Positions 18,539 through 28,081 of a DNA stretch of 64,000 bases are shown in pieces (within the stretch, counting starts at the first letter, position 1; every line of letters starts with the position of its first letter). Both the position numbers and the translations under genes were made by a program. The notes beneath the pieces were generated by a model, which was not told where the DNA came from, did no database searches, and saw only the letters and a list, made by a program, of their open reading frames with translations. Source of the stretch: Acidimicrobiia bacterium (GTDB lineage Bacteria; Actinomycetota; Acidimicrobiia; Spongiisociales; ZC4RG35); contig DASUUC010000081.1 of NCBI GenBank assembly GCA_036374335.1, forward strand, positions 6,863 through 70,862, given 5' to 3'.

Positions 18539-18969
18539 TCCTGTTCACCCTCCACCTTGGGCGCCTTCACGACGAGGACGTCACACTCCGCGAGATGGAT
18601 GGCTCGGTGGCTCGTGCTGCCCAGGATCAGAGAGGCCAGGTCACCACGGCCCCGGGTTCCGACGACGAGAAGCGACGCCGCAACATCGGAGGCGTATCTC
18701 ACCAGGGTGTCAGGAGGGTATCCCTCGAGATCAACCCTCTCGATCCTGAGGTCGGAAGCGTCGATCGCGTCTGTCACTCCCGCCCACACCGACTCACGCT
18801 GCGCTCTGGCGACTTCATCCCAGTTGATCGCCGCCTCGGTGTACACGATGGGCATATACGTCACATGAACGATGTGGAGGTCGGTTCCCCTCCACCGTGC
18901 CTGCTCCAGTCCCCTGTCGACCACCAACCTGGAAACCGGCGAGTCATCGATTCCGGCGACTACGGGCAT
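18535..18969 (-). CDS. universal stress protein (UspA family)
   Basis: Start at MPVVAGIDDS (ATG 18967-18969). C-terminal ATP-binding motif LLVVGTRGRGDLASLILGSTSHRAIHLAECDVLVV. The 291-aa ORF-track version is an upstream over-extension. Confidence 0.8.
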   Translation of the reverse strand: MPVVAGIDDSPVSRLVVDRGLEQARWRGTDLHIVHVTYMPIVYTEAAINWDEVARAQRESVWAGVTDAIDASDLRIERVDLEGYPPDTLVRYASDVAASLLVVGTRGRGDLASLILGSTSHRAIHLAECDVLVVKAPKVEGEQE

Positions 18970-19200
18970 TTCGACAATCCTTTCTCTGCCTCCCGTAAGC
19001 ATCACAGATGATCGATTCCTTTGGCACGGCCCGAAGTCCCAGGTTGCGCGGACTAACGGCCCAAGTCGGAATGTGGACGCAGCTCCTTCCCGGCATTGCG
19101 CCGAAGCGACCACAGGAGAGCCAATAGTGCCAATCGTCCCTACCGGAGCCCTGCGGGACCGAAGACGATGACCAAAGAAGGAGCCATACGAAGGGAAGCC

Positions 19201-19659
19201 ATGCCGGTAGGCATCTCGATCCATCTCGAGGACGAGGTGGATTCCACCTGTGCCCTGGCTTACGCCACGACCCGGGTACCCCAAACCCATCCCGATGGCA
19301 GGGTGGCCGAGATCATCCGTCAACTCGGTCGAGGAGGACCATACGACAGCATGACCGATGTGGCAGTAATCGAAGCCGGGCGGTTGGTGGGCCTCATCGC
19401 CATAGAACATCTCCTCTCCGCGTCACCTGACACGCCCGCGTCGGAGATCATGGACGTGGCCCCACCAGTGATCGCGCCGGGGGTTGACCGGAAATCGGCT
19501 GCAGTCAAAGCAGCGAGCCACGAGGAAAGCAGTCTCGGAGTCGTCGACGCCCACGGCATCTTCCTCGGGCTCATCCCATCACATCGCATGCTCAGTGTCC
19601 TCCTCGACGAACATCCTGAAGACATGGCCCGGGTCAGCGGTTACCTGCACGAGAACTAG
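19201..19659 (+). CDS. CBS-pair domain protein (MgtE-cytosolic-like, no membrane domain)
   Basis: Two CBS repeats (..DVAVIEAGRLVGLIAIEHLL; ..LGVVDAHGIFLGLIPSHRMLSVL), then EHPEDMARVSGYL as found after the CBS pair of MgtE. Stops at 19659 with no TM segment. Start 19201 or 19168. Confidence 0.6.
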   Translation: MPVGISIHLEDEVDSTCALAYATTRVPQTHPDGRVAEIIRQLGRGGPYDSMTDVAVIEAGRLVGLIAIEHLLSASPDTPASEIMDVAPPVIAPGVDRKSAAVKAASHEESSLGVVDAHGIFLGLIPSHRMLSVLLDEHPEDMARVSGYLHEN

Positions 19660-19939
19660 TCGGCTCGATCAGCCAGTGGAGGAGCCTCTGGTTGAGTCCA
19701 CCTGAAACCGAATTCAACTGGGGGCTGGCGCCTAGCTCCCTTGCGGCCTCCCACGATGGGGACTTCTTCCCCTAGCTCGGGGACCACATCATCCATATCG
19801 TCGAACCATGATGGCCTGGGAGATTGACCGAATAAGCCGATCCAGGCTTGGCCACATCAAGGTGATTGCCCCCTTCCTGCCGGCTATCCTCCTGGTTGCC
19901 TGGCCACTGGTGCGATGGCTTTTCTGACGGAGTCACACG

Positions 19940-20854
19940 ATGGGAACCGCAGGAGACTTGGAACGCTGGGTGGAGGCCGGGCTGATCGACCGTAAGACGG
20001 CCGGGGCCATCCAAACCTACGAGTCGCAACGCTCGGGATCCGCCTCGATCGGACGCGGCATGGAGGCGATCGCCTATCTCGGTGCCGTGCTCGTCCTGAT
20101 CGCACTTGGGGTCCTCGCCGCTGAGTTCTGGGATCGATTGGTGCCCTGGGGCCGCTTCGCCCTCGGCTTAGCAGTCACCCTGATCCTCCTCCTCGTCGGG
20201 CTGGTCTTCGCCCGGGCCGAAGAGCCCGCTGTCGAGCGAGCGCAGATGTTCGCCTGGTTCCTGACCGTTCCTGCTGCAGCCCTTACCGCCTATGTGGTAG
20301 TCGGCGAGCTGGCCGATGCCGACGATCCCGATACCTTTGTCTGGGTTTCCCTGATCTCGTTGGCCGCCGCCTTTGCTCTCTGGTGGATGCGGCACTCGGC
20401 CCTGCAGACGATCGCCATGGGAGCTGCCTCGGGTGTGTCAGTCGTTGCCTTGGTATCACTCTCGGATAGCCCTCCAGACTGGGCATATGGCCTCTCGCTG
20501 GCCGGCTTGGGTATGGTCTGGCTGCTACTGACGTGGGGCGGCCTCCTTCGACCCGCCCGCACCAGCTACGTAGTCGCGGCAGTCGGGATGTTGTGCGTCG
20601 GGCTCCCGGATGCAAGCGAGCCGCCCTGGCCCTTCCTGGGACTCGCGGCAGGACTTGCCCTCATGGCGCTGTCGGTTCCGCTCAATCACGCTGTCCTGTT
20701 GGGGATGGGTGTAGCGGGTCTCTTCGTGTACATACCAATAACGGTCTTCGAGGTATTCGGGGAGACCCTCGGCGTACCAGTGGCCCTCTTGATCACCGGG
20801 TTGATCCTCCTCGGAGTAGTGGTGGTGACGGCGCGTCTGCGGAAGAGATCATGA
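19940..20854 (+). CDS. polytopic membrane protein (DUF2157-like)
   Basis: 304 aa; soluble N-terminal LERWVEAGLIDRKTAGAIQTYE followed by about 8 TM helices. Confidence 0.6.
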   Translation: MGTAGDLERWVEAGLIDRKTAGAIQTYESQRSGSASIGRGMEAIAYLGAVLVLIALGVLAAEFWDRLVPWGRFALGLAVTLILLLVGLVFARAEEPAVERAQMFAWFLTVPAAALTAYVVVGELADADDPDTFVWVSLISLAAAFALWWMRHSALQTIAMGAASGVSVVALVSLSDSPPDWAYGLSLAGLGMVWLLLTWGGLLRPARTSYVVAAVGMLCVGLPDASEPPWPFLGLAAGLALMALSVPLNHAVLLGMGVAGLFVYIPITVFEVFGETLGVPVALLITGLILLGVVVVTARLRKRS

Positions 20855-20997
20855 GAAGCCGGATTGTCGCCGTCCTGGCCTCGGCGACTGTGATCGGGAC
20901 AGTCATTTCGATCATCCTCGTGTCGCTGGTCCCACTCCCCGACTTCCCTCCGCTCCGACCCGGGACCTATTCGACATCGATTGCATCCTTCGGCTAG
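20851..20997 (+). CDS. small TM ORF, or N-terminus of a disrupted gene
   Basis: 48 codons; ATGA overlap with the upstream gene; about 75 percent GC3 by hand count. Ends at TAG 20995-20997, and the same frame stays open afterwards (21007-21234). Confidence 0.4.
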   Translation: MRSRIVAVLASATVIGTVISIILVSLVPLPDFPPLRPGTYSTSIASFG

Positions 20998-21145
20998 TTC
21001 GCTCACGTGGGTCGTGCCACAGTCACAGAACTGAGCTTGCGAGCCCGAACAGGAGCGGATCGACGACATCAGTGGAGCGATACGGGCATCGAGATAACCG
21101 CATATCTGAACCAGCCAACTACGAGAGTCATCGACCCCGCCACCG

Positions 21146-21406
21146 GTGAGCCAGTCGAAACCCGAACCGGCGACCGTCATCGCCACCCCTCCCGAAATGC
21201 GAGAGAGCCTCGTCGTCGACCGACTCGACTATGACCGGATCGTCGTTTACGACGAACAGGGTGGCGAGCTGCTGGCTCTCGATGGCCTCCAGCGATACTG
21301 GGTGCAAGCAGCCATCCTCAGCCCCGATGGGCGCCTCGTCGCCACCGCCGATTCCCAGAGCCGTCTCGCGATCTTCGATCGGGCCAGCCTGGGCCGTATC
21401 TGGTGA
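21146..21406 (+). pseudogene. fragment of a beta-propeller (PD40/WD40-like) repeat protein
   Basis: 86 codons, about 77 percent GC3 by hand count. AAILSPDGRLVATADSQSRLAIFD resembles a single propeller blade, too short to be a functional propeller. In a different frame from 20851-21234. Confidence 0.35.
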
Positions 21407-21491
21407 GCGAGAACGTTCGGTCCTGGCGATATCCTGTCTGGGAGGAATGAATGACAAGGCGCTCTTGGCGGTGTCTCCGATCTCAGCACGG

Positions 21492-22085
21492 ATGACGAAC
21501 ATCACAGATCTCGACCAGCCTGCCTCGCCGAACGGCAAGGAGGTGCTGGTTCCCGCCACCAGGGCGAAATGGCGCACTTGGCTGACCAGAAATGCGAGCA
21601 GGCAAGATGGCCTTTGGGTCGTGTATCGGAAGAAGTCGAGCTCGATCGAGGGACCGATGTACGACGACCTCGTCGAGGAGGCACTCTGCTTTGGATGGAT
21701 CGACAGCCAGGTCCGGCGCGTCGACGACAACCGAAGAATTCAATGGTTCTCACCACGTCGGAAAGGGAGCGTGTGGTCGCCCCTCAACAAGAGGAGAATC
21801 GAGCAGTTGGTTTCCAACGGGCTGATGACCGAGGCGGGCCAGAGAGCGATAGACCTGGCCATCGCCGACGGTTCGTGGTCGCAGACCGATGACATAGACG
21901 CGCTCGAGGTGCCCCCGGATCTGGAAAGTGCCTTCGTGGCCGCACCCGAGGCAAGGGCCGCATATGAATCATCTCCCGAGTCGGCCAGGAAGCAGTACCT
22001 GTGGTGGATCCACAATGCAAAGAGGGCGCAGACCCGCTCCACTCGAATTCGAGAGTTGATCCGCATGCTCTCAGGAGGCGCGTGA
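21492..22085 (+). CDS. YdeI/OmpD-associated family protein
   Basis: Start at MTNITD (alternative 21447). WRTWLTRNASRQDGLWVVYRKK, EEALCFGWIDSQ, FSPRRKGSVWSPLNKRRIEQL are typical family blocks. Confidence 0.7.
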   Translation: MTNITDLDQPASPNGKEVLVPATRAKWRTWLTRNASRQDGLWVVYRKKSSSIEGPMYDDLVEEALCFGWIDSQVRRVDDNRRIQWFSPRRKGSVWSPLNKRRIEQLVSNGLMTEAGQRAIDLAIADGSWSQTDDIDALEVPPDLESAFVAAPEARAAYESSPESARKQYLWWIHNAKRAQTRSTRIRELIRMLSGGA

Positions 22086-22158
22086 GCGTCGGCGGCTGAG
22101 CGACGTCACCGGTCGGGTCAACGGGGCCACGGTCCCCGCAGGGTGGATCGGAGACGGG

Positions 22159-22365
22159 CTAGTTGGCCGCCGATTTCTTGCCGGGTTTGGGCTCGACGAT
22201 GATATCCGGTCCGGGATAGACAAGGCTCTCGTGGCCATCAGGCCACCGCACGTAATAAGGCGGTTGGCCGTGGTCGCCACGCACCTCGAGAATCTCCGCG
22301 TGCCTCGCAGGGTCGCCAACACGGTGCCCCGAGACCTTCAGATGATCACCTGGTTTGGCATGCAT
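22159..22365 (-). CDS. DUF1918 domain protein
   Basis: 68 aa; HAEILEVRGDHGQPPYYVRWPDGHESLVYPGPD matches the DUF1918 signature. Confidence 0.7.
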   Translation of the reverse strand: MHAKPGDHLKVSGHRVGDPARHAEILEVRGDHGQPPYYVRWPDGHESLVYPGPDIIVEPKPGKKSAAN

Positions 22366-22594
22366 CGTTCACCTCCAGACTCTTCTGGTCATACCCAATG
22401 AATAGTCCAAAGTCGCTTGGTTTCGTAGGGCACAAAGGCCCTTCCGATTCGGACCCGGCTTGCGACGAGAAGACATCCGACGTTGCGGGCGGGGTGTAAT
22501 CCCACAAAAGGGTCCGGCCTGTCCTCGCCCAAAGTGACTTTCGCCCCTGGAATCGATTGCAGCAGACAGACCAAGCTAGAGACAGGAGGTCGTC

Positions 22595-22996
22595 ATGGCC
22601 GAGAGCTACATACTCTTCGACATCCCGGGATCTGAAGAGCCGATCGATCGCGGCTTTCTCGAGAGCCTCGGACAGAGCGTCTTGGTCTGTCACGGGCCTG
22701 AGCACGGGCAGCTGTGCCCGATCCTGGCCGGGAAGCACTGCCCGCTCGCCGAAGGCGCACATGGGATAGTCTTTGAGTTCGATCTCGACCGGCCCCAGCA
22801 CCGCGCCATCCTCAGGAAGTACCGGGAAGTGCTGCGCAGCGATTTGCCGATCAGGGTGGTGACAACCAGGGAGCAGGCAATCCAGCACGCTGATCTGCTA
22901 AGAGGTCTCCGGATCGTGTATCACCGCCCGGTGGCCGGTGACCTAGACGCTCTGGCATCAGAAGTCGAGGCTTCCGACAGTTTGTCTGACTCGTGA
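22595..22996 (+). CDS. hypothetical protein with a Cys/His cluster
   Basis: 133 aa; RBS GGAGG; VCHGPEHGQLCPILAGKHCPLAEGAHG. Confidence 0.5.
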   Translation: MAESYILFDIPGSEEPIDRGFLESLGQSVLVCHGPEHGQLCPILAGKHCPLAEGAHGIVFEFDLDRPQHRAILRKYREVLRSDLPIRVVTTREQAIQHADLLRGLRIVYHRPVAGDLDALASEVEASDSLSDS

Positions 22997-23206
22997 GCAC
23001 AGAGTTCGGCCGCAGCTGAAGGGTCGTCCGCGTATGACCTTGGCCAACGTCTCCCGGGCCTCCCGGAGCCTGCCATTCGTGGATACGCACATCTCATCAA
23101 GTGTGAGCCACGACGGCGGTAGCCTTGGACATATGCGACGCGTCGAGACCGTTCGGGACGTGTTCGGAACCCGTATGAGTCAGTTGTCAGTCCGCCACAC
23201 GGTGAT

Positions 23207-26200
23207 TTGTCTGTCGAGGATGCCCTCAAGTTGAGGGACGGAACCTCGGTGGTCGATGCCGTCCTGGGACTGATCGAGGAACGTTCCAGTGAACGGGGCG
23301 AGCTGATCCGTTTCGCGCAAAGCTACCTCCGCCGACTGCCGGGATACTTGTCGGCGTCGGCAGAGGATCTGTATGACGAGGTCGTCGGTCTCTATGAATT
23401 CATCGAGGTGCGATCGGAGACGATTGCTGTCAGGGCATTCAATCCACCCTCAGGCAACGGGGAAGCGCCTGGGACCGTGATCGAGGTCGACGTCGACGAC
23501 AGGCCGTTTCTCGTCGACTCTATTGGCAACGAGCTGTTGGCCCACGGGCTCGATGTCGCCAGGGTCCTCCATCCTGTGATTGGCGTACGACGCGACGAAG
23601 CGGGCCGACTCATGGAAATCCGACCGGCGCGTGCCTCGGACGAGCGAGAGTCCGTGCAGCACTGGGTGTTGGACCGTCGTCTCTTCGAGGCCGACCTACC
23701 GGCGCTGGAGGGCGCCTTACGCCGAGTCCTCTTCGACGTGAGAGCGGCGGTCCGCGACTTCGATGCCATGTTGGGCGTCCTGCCGAGGATGATCGATTTC
23801 GTCCGCCGTGGCGCGGGTCACTATCCGACTGCGGACATCGACGAATCGATCGCATTCCTGAACTGGCTCCGGGAGGACAACTTCGTCTTCCTCGGGTACC
23901 GCGAGCACGAGTTGATAAACACGCCAGAAGGCCGCTCCATCCAAATCGTGGACGGTTCGGCCCTGGGGATCCTCAGCGAGCCGGGCCGATCGAAGCGTGA
24001 GAAACCCACTCCGCTGTCGTCGTTGTCGCCCCAACTCGCTGCGAGGTACGAGAGCGGTGACCTCCTGGTCATCTCGAAGACCAATCGTCTGTCGACGGTG
24101 CACCGGCGGGCTCGAATGGACTACGTCGGTGTTCGCATCGTGGACTCCACTGGCCAGACGGTGGGGGAGGCGCGTCTGCTCGGCCTGTTCACGTCGAAGG
24201 CGTACATGGAGCGATCATCACGCACGCCGGTTCTCCGTAAGAAGCTCCGTGAGTTGTCCGCTGCGGAGGATCTGATCGAAGCGTCACATGACCACAAGGC
24301 GATAGTCTCACTGTTCGAGAGCTTCCCGAAGGACGATCTCTTCGCTGTCCCCGTCGAAGACCTGCGAGCGCTGTTGATGGGGTTACTCGCTGGTGGTGAG
24401 CGTGCCAATGTGAAGTTCTTCGTGCGGCGAGACTTGCTCGATCGCACTGCGCGTCTGCTGGTGGCCATACCCTCCGACCGCTACGCGACCTCGCTCGCAA
24501 AGGATCTCGAGGAATTGTTCCTCGATCGATTCAACGGGGAATCGGTGGACTTCAACCTCAGCCTCGAGGCCGATGAGATGGCTCATCTCCATTTCAAGGT
24601 CTGGGTCGACGAAGGGGCGGTGCCGGATGTGGCATTCGACGAGCTCGAGGCCGAGGTCAGGGCAATCACCCGTTCATGGTCCGAGAAGGTCGAGGATGTG
24701 CTCTCACGGCGGCACGGTGCCGGCAGGGCCCGGAAGATGATCCACAGTTGGGCATCGCGCTTCCCCGACCATTACAGGGCATCCACCGAGCTGAGCGTCG
24801 CAGCCGGTGACATAGAGAGGCTCGAAGAGATGGCATACGAGGGCCGTCCGTTCTTTGTCGGGCTCCAAAACGAGTCGGAGGGAGCCGAGCTTCTGACCCG
24901 TGTCGCTCTCTACGGACGCGGGAAGCGTCCTCTCTCCGAGCTGATCCCTGCTCTGGAAGACATGAACTTACGGGTAGTCGAGGAGGTGCCTACAAGGCTC
25001 TCGGGGGCCGAAGACCTGTTTGTGCACGATTTCGGTGTGCTCGGCCCGGACCATCGCCCGGTCGATCTCGAGCGGTCTGCGAAACGAGTGTCGGAGGCTC
25101 TAAGCGCAGTCTGGGGTGGGGAGGCCGAGACCGATTCGCTCAATCGCCTGATCGTGGTCAGCCGCCTCGATCATTCACAGGTGGCGACTCTCCGTGCATA
25201 TCGCACTTATTGGCGGAGAGTGAGACCATCGTTCACGGTCGGCTACGTCAACGAGACCCTCGTGACCTACGCTGATATCGCCGAGCGCTTGGTTCATCTC
25301 TTCGAAATGCGCTTCAAACCCGGTGCCGACGACACCGGGTTCGAGGCCGCTCGCTATGAGCTGCTGGGCATGCTGGACGATGTGCCGTCGTTGGATCAGG
25401 ACCGGATTCTGCGTGGTTTCCTCGCCCTGATCGAGGCCACGGTCCGGACTAACGCGTATCGACCCGGCCGCGGCGCTCTGTCCCTCAAACTGCGCTCTTC
25501 GCTCGTACCGGATATGCCGGCACCGCGGCCCTACGCGGAGGTCTTCGTGTTGGGGAGCGAGGTGGAAGGAGTGCATCTCCGCGCCGGCCCCGTGGCCAGG
25601 GGCGGGATCCGATGGTCTGATCGTCGTGAGGACTATCGCACCGAGGTTCTCGGACTGCTCAAGGCACAGGTCACCAAGAATTCGGTGATCGTCCCCACCG
25701 GTGCCAAGGGAGGCTTCGTTCTCCGCCAACCGCCCAACGATCCCGGCGAGCTGAGTCAGGCGGTGGTTTCCGCGTACTCGACGTTCATCAGAGGACTCCT
25801 CGACGTCACCGACAACCTGATGGACGGTGAAGTGGAGCATCCGGAAGGGGTCCGGATCCACGACGAGGATGACCCCTATCTGGTCGTCGCTGCCGACAAA
25901 GGGACGGCTACGTTCTCCGACACCGCCAATGAGATCGCCAGGGAGTACGGGTACTGGCTCGACGACGCCTTCGCCTCAGGCGGCTCCGCTGGATACGACC
26001 ACAAGGTGCTTGGCATCACCGCCCGTGGCGCCTGGAAGTCTCTGGAGCGACACCTACTCGAACTCGGCATCGATCCCCATCGCGACCCATTCACCACTGT
26101 CGGGATCGGCGACATGTCAGGTGATGTCTTCGGGAACGGGCTGTTGGGGTCCGACACCATCAAGCTGGTGGCCGCGTTCGATCATCGTCACATCTTCGTA

Positions 26201-27985
26201 GACCCGGATCCGGATCCGGCCGAGTCATACCGCGAGCGGCGACGTCTCTTCGAGCTGCCCGGCTCGAGCTGGGCCGACTACGACGAAGAGCGTATCTCAA
26301 CGGGTGGGGGTGTTTTCTCCCGCGCCGCCAAGAAGATCTCGCTCTCGTCTCGAGCTCGGGCCGCCCTCGGTACGGAAGCCGAGACGGTGACACCTGCCGA
26401 ATTGATCCGGGTCATCCTCTGCGCCCCCGTGGATGTTCTCTGGAACGGCGGAGTCGGCACATACGTAAAGGCGACTGACGAGTCGGATGAGGCCGTGGAG
26501 GACAAGACGAACGATTCTGTGAGGGTCAACGCTTCGGAGCTCCGGTGCCGGGTCGTCGTCGAAGGAGGCAACCTGGGTCTGACTCAGCGCGGGCGCATCG
26601 AGTACGCCATGGCGGGCGGCAGGGTGAATACCGACTTCATCGACAACTCGGGAGGCGTCAACTGCTCGGATCGGGAGGTCAACCTGAAGATCCTCACCGG
26701 CCTCGCTCGACGCCGCGGCTTGGTGGAGCGCGCGGAACGCGATGCGTTGCTCGGGCTCGTGGCCGACGATGTCGTCGATCGGATCCTCCGCGACAGCTTC
26801 GAGCAAGCGCAGCGTTTGGCTCTGGAGGAGGGCACTTCGGTCTACCGCATGGACTCCTACGAGCAGCTCATGGCAAATCTCGAGGAAGCCGACCTCCTGG
26901 AACGTGAACTGGAGGGTCTGCCCACCACCGAGGAGCTGATCGAACGCTCCCGCGCCGGCAAGGGAATGACCCGACCCGAAATCGGTGTGATCCTCGCCTA
27001 CTCCAAGCGCAGCCTCGCAGATTCACTACTGGCCTCCGACATCTCTGACGCGAGCAGCCTCGCCGAGAACGTCGTCGCCTACTTCCCAGATGAGATCACA
27101 TCGCGGTTCGGAGACCTGATACCGGAACATCCACTCCTGCATCAGCTCGCCGCAACCATTGTCGCCAACAAGGTCGTCGATATGCAGGGATCCACCTTCG
27201 TCTCCCAGCTATCGGCGCGTACCGGCGCAACGCCTCTCCAGATCGTGAAGGCCCATCGCATTGCTCACGAGGTATCAGGTGGTGGAGCCCTGCGGAGGGA
27301 GATCGAAGAGCTATTCGGATCGGTCGACCCGCAGGTGTGGACAGAGGCGATCAACGCCAACGACAAGCTGATGGCCAGCCTCACCCGATCCTATCTGAGG
27401 ATTTCCGGCGATCTGGAAGCGGAGAGGGTCAAGACTCTCATTCGTGAGTTCTCGTTCCTGCAGGATTCGGCACCGTCACTGGGACCACCGAAATGGGTGA
27501 GTGATCGAGAAGAGCGGGCGGCCCGGTTCGCCTTGGCCGGGTTCCCCCGCCCCATGGCTCTGCGCCTCGCCATCCTGGCAGATCTCGTGCATGCACCGGG
27601 GATCTTCGAGGTCGCCGAGGGATCCGGACGATCGGTGACTGAGGTTGGCCGGGTGTTCTTCCTGGTGGGTCAGGCAGTTCAGCTCGACAACCTGGCACGA
27701 CTGCTGAGCATGTCCACCACCAGTGACCCCTGGCGGCGGTGGGCACGACAGACCATCGAAGACGACATGATCGGAGTGCAGCGGCGCCTCGCCGAGCGTG
27801 TGCTGGGCGAGGCGGGCGACGATGACTCGGGCGATGATGCCGTCGACTCGTTCTTGGCTTCACGTGCTCACGGCCTGAAACGTGTTCTGCGGCTCACCAA
27901 GTCGCTGGCGACCGATCAGGACCTCGCGTTCTTCATGGTGGTCGTCCGCCAAATCGACGCGTTGGCGCAACGAAACCCCGGGTGA
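23207..27985 (+). CDS. gdh: NAD-specific glutamate dehydrogenase, large (about 180 kDa) class
   Basis: 1592 aa; catalytic core blocks GPVARGGIRWSDRREDYRTEVLGLLKAQVTKNSVIVPTGAKGGFV, VVAADKGTATFSD, GGSAGYDHK, NTDFIDNSGGVNCSDREVNLKIL. Confidence 0.9.
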   Translation: MSVEDALKLRDGTSVVDAVLGLIEERSSERGELIRFAQSYLRRLPGYLSASAEDLYDEVVGLYEFIEVRSETIAVRAFNPPSGNGEAPGTVIEVDVDDRPFLVDSIGNELLAHGLDVARVLHPVIGVRRDEAGRLMEIRPARASDERESVQHWVLDRRLFEADLPALEGALRRVLFDVRAAVRDFDAMLGVLPRMIDFVRRGAGHYPTADIDESIAFLNWLREDNFVFLGYREHELINTPEGRSIQIVDGSALGILSEPGRSKREKPTPLSSLSPQLAARYESGDLLVISKTNRLSTVHRRARMDYVGVRIVDSTGQTVGEARLLGLFTSKAYMERSSRTPVLRKKLRELSAAEDLIEASHDHKAIVSLFESFPKDDLFAVPVEDLRALLMGLLAGGERANVKFFVRRDLLDRTARLLVAIPSDRYATSLAKDLEELFLDRFNGESVDFNLSLEADEMAHLHFKVWVDEGAVPDVAFDELEAEVRAITRSWSEKVEDVLSRRHGAGRARKMIHSWASRFPDHYRASTELSVAAGDIERLEEMAYEGRPFFVGLQNESEGAELLTRVALYGRGKRPLSELIPALEDMNLRVVEEVPTRLSGAEDLFVHDFGVLGPDHRPVDLERSAKRVSEALSAVWGGEAETDSLNRLIVVSRLDHSQVATLRAYRTYWRRVRPSFTVGYVNETLVTYADIAERLVHLFEMRFKPGADDTGFEAARYELLGMLDDVPSLDQDRILRGFLALIEATVRTNAYRPGRGALSLKLRSSLVPDMPAPRPYAEVFVLGSEVEGVHLRAGPVARGGIRWSDRREDYRTEVLGLLKAQVTKNSVIVPTGAKGGFVLRQPPNDPGELSQAVVSAYSTFIRGLLDVTDNLMDGEVEHPEGVRIHDEDDPYLVVAADKGTATFSDTANEIAREYGYWLDDAFASGGSAGYDHKVLGITARGAWKSLERHLLELGIDPHRDPFTTVGIGDMSGDVFGNGLLGSDTIKLVAAFDHRHIFVDPDPDPAESYRERRRLFELPGSSWADYDEERISTGGGVFSRAAKKISLSSRARAALGTEAETVTPAELIRVILCAPVDVLWNGGVGTYVKATDESDEAVEDKTNDSVRVNASELRCRVVVEGGNLGLTQRGRIEYAMAGGRVNTDFIDNSGGVNCSDREVNLKILTGLARRRGLVERAERDALLGLVADDVVDRILRDSFEQAQRLALEEGTSVYRMDSYEQLMANLEEADLLERELEGLPTTEELIERSRAGKGMTRPEIGVILAYSKRSLADSLLASDISDASSLAENVVAYFPDEITSRFGDLIPEHPLLHQLAATIVANKVVDMQGSTFVSQLSARTGATPLQIVKAHRIAHEVSGGGALRREIEELFGSVDPQVWTEAINANDKLMASLTRSYLRISGDLEAERVKTLIREFSFLQDSAPSLGPPKWVSDREERAARFALAGFPRPMALRLAILADLVHAPGIFEVAEGSGRSVTEVGRVFFLVGQAVQLDNLARLLSMSTTSDPWRRWARQTIEDDMIGVQRRLAERVLGEAGDDDSGDDAVDSFLASRAHGLKRVLRLTKSLATDQDLAFFMVVVRQIDALAQRNPG

Positions 27986-28035
27986 GGTCGAGGGTGGCTC
28001 GGATTCATTGCCAGGGGAAATCGCAGGTCGTTGAA

Positions 28036-28057
28036 GGGCAGCATCGCGATGCTGCCC
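28036..28057. terminator. bidirectional terminator hairpin between convergent gdh and hsp20
   Basis: Perfect 22-nt palindrome gggcagcatcgcgatgctgccc. Confidence 0.6.
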
Positions 28058-28081
28058 CTCAGCGAGATAGGCGATTGACCT

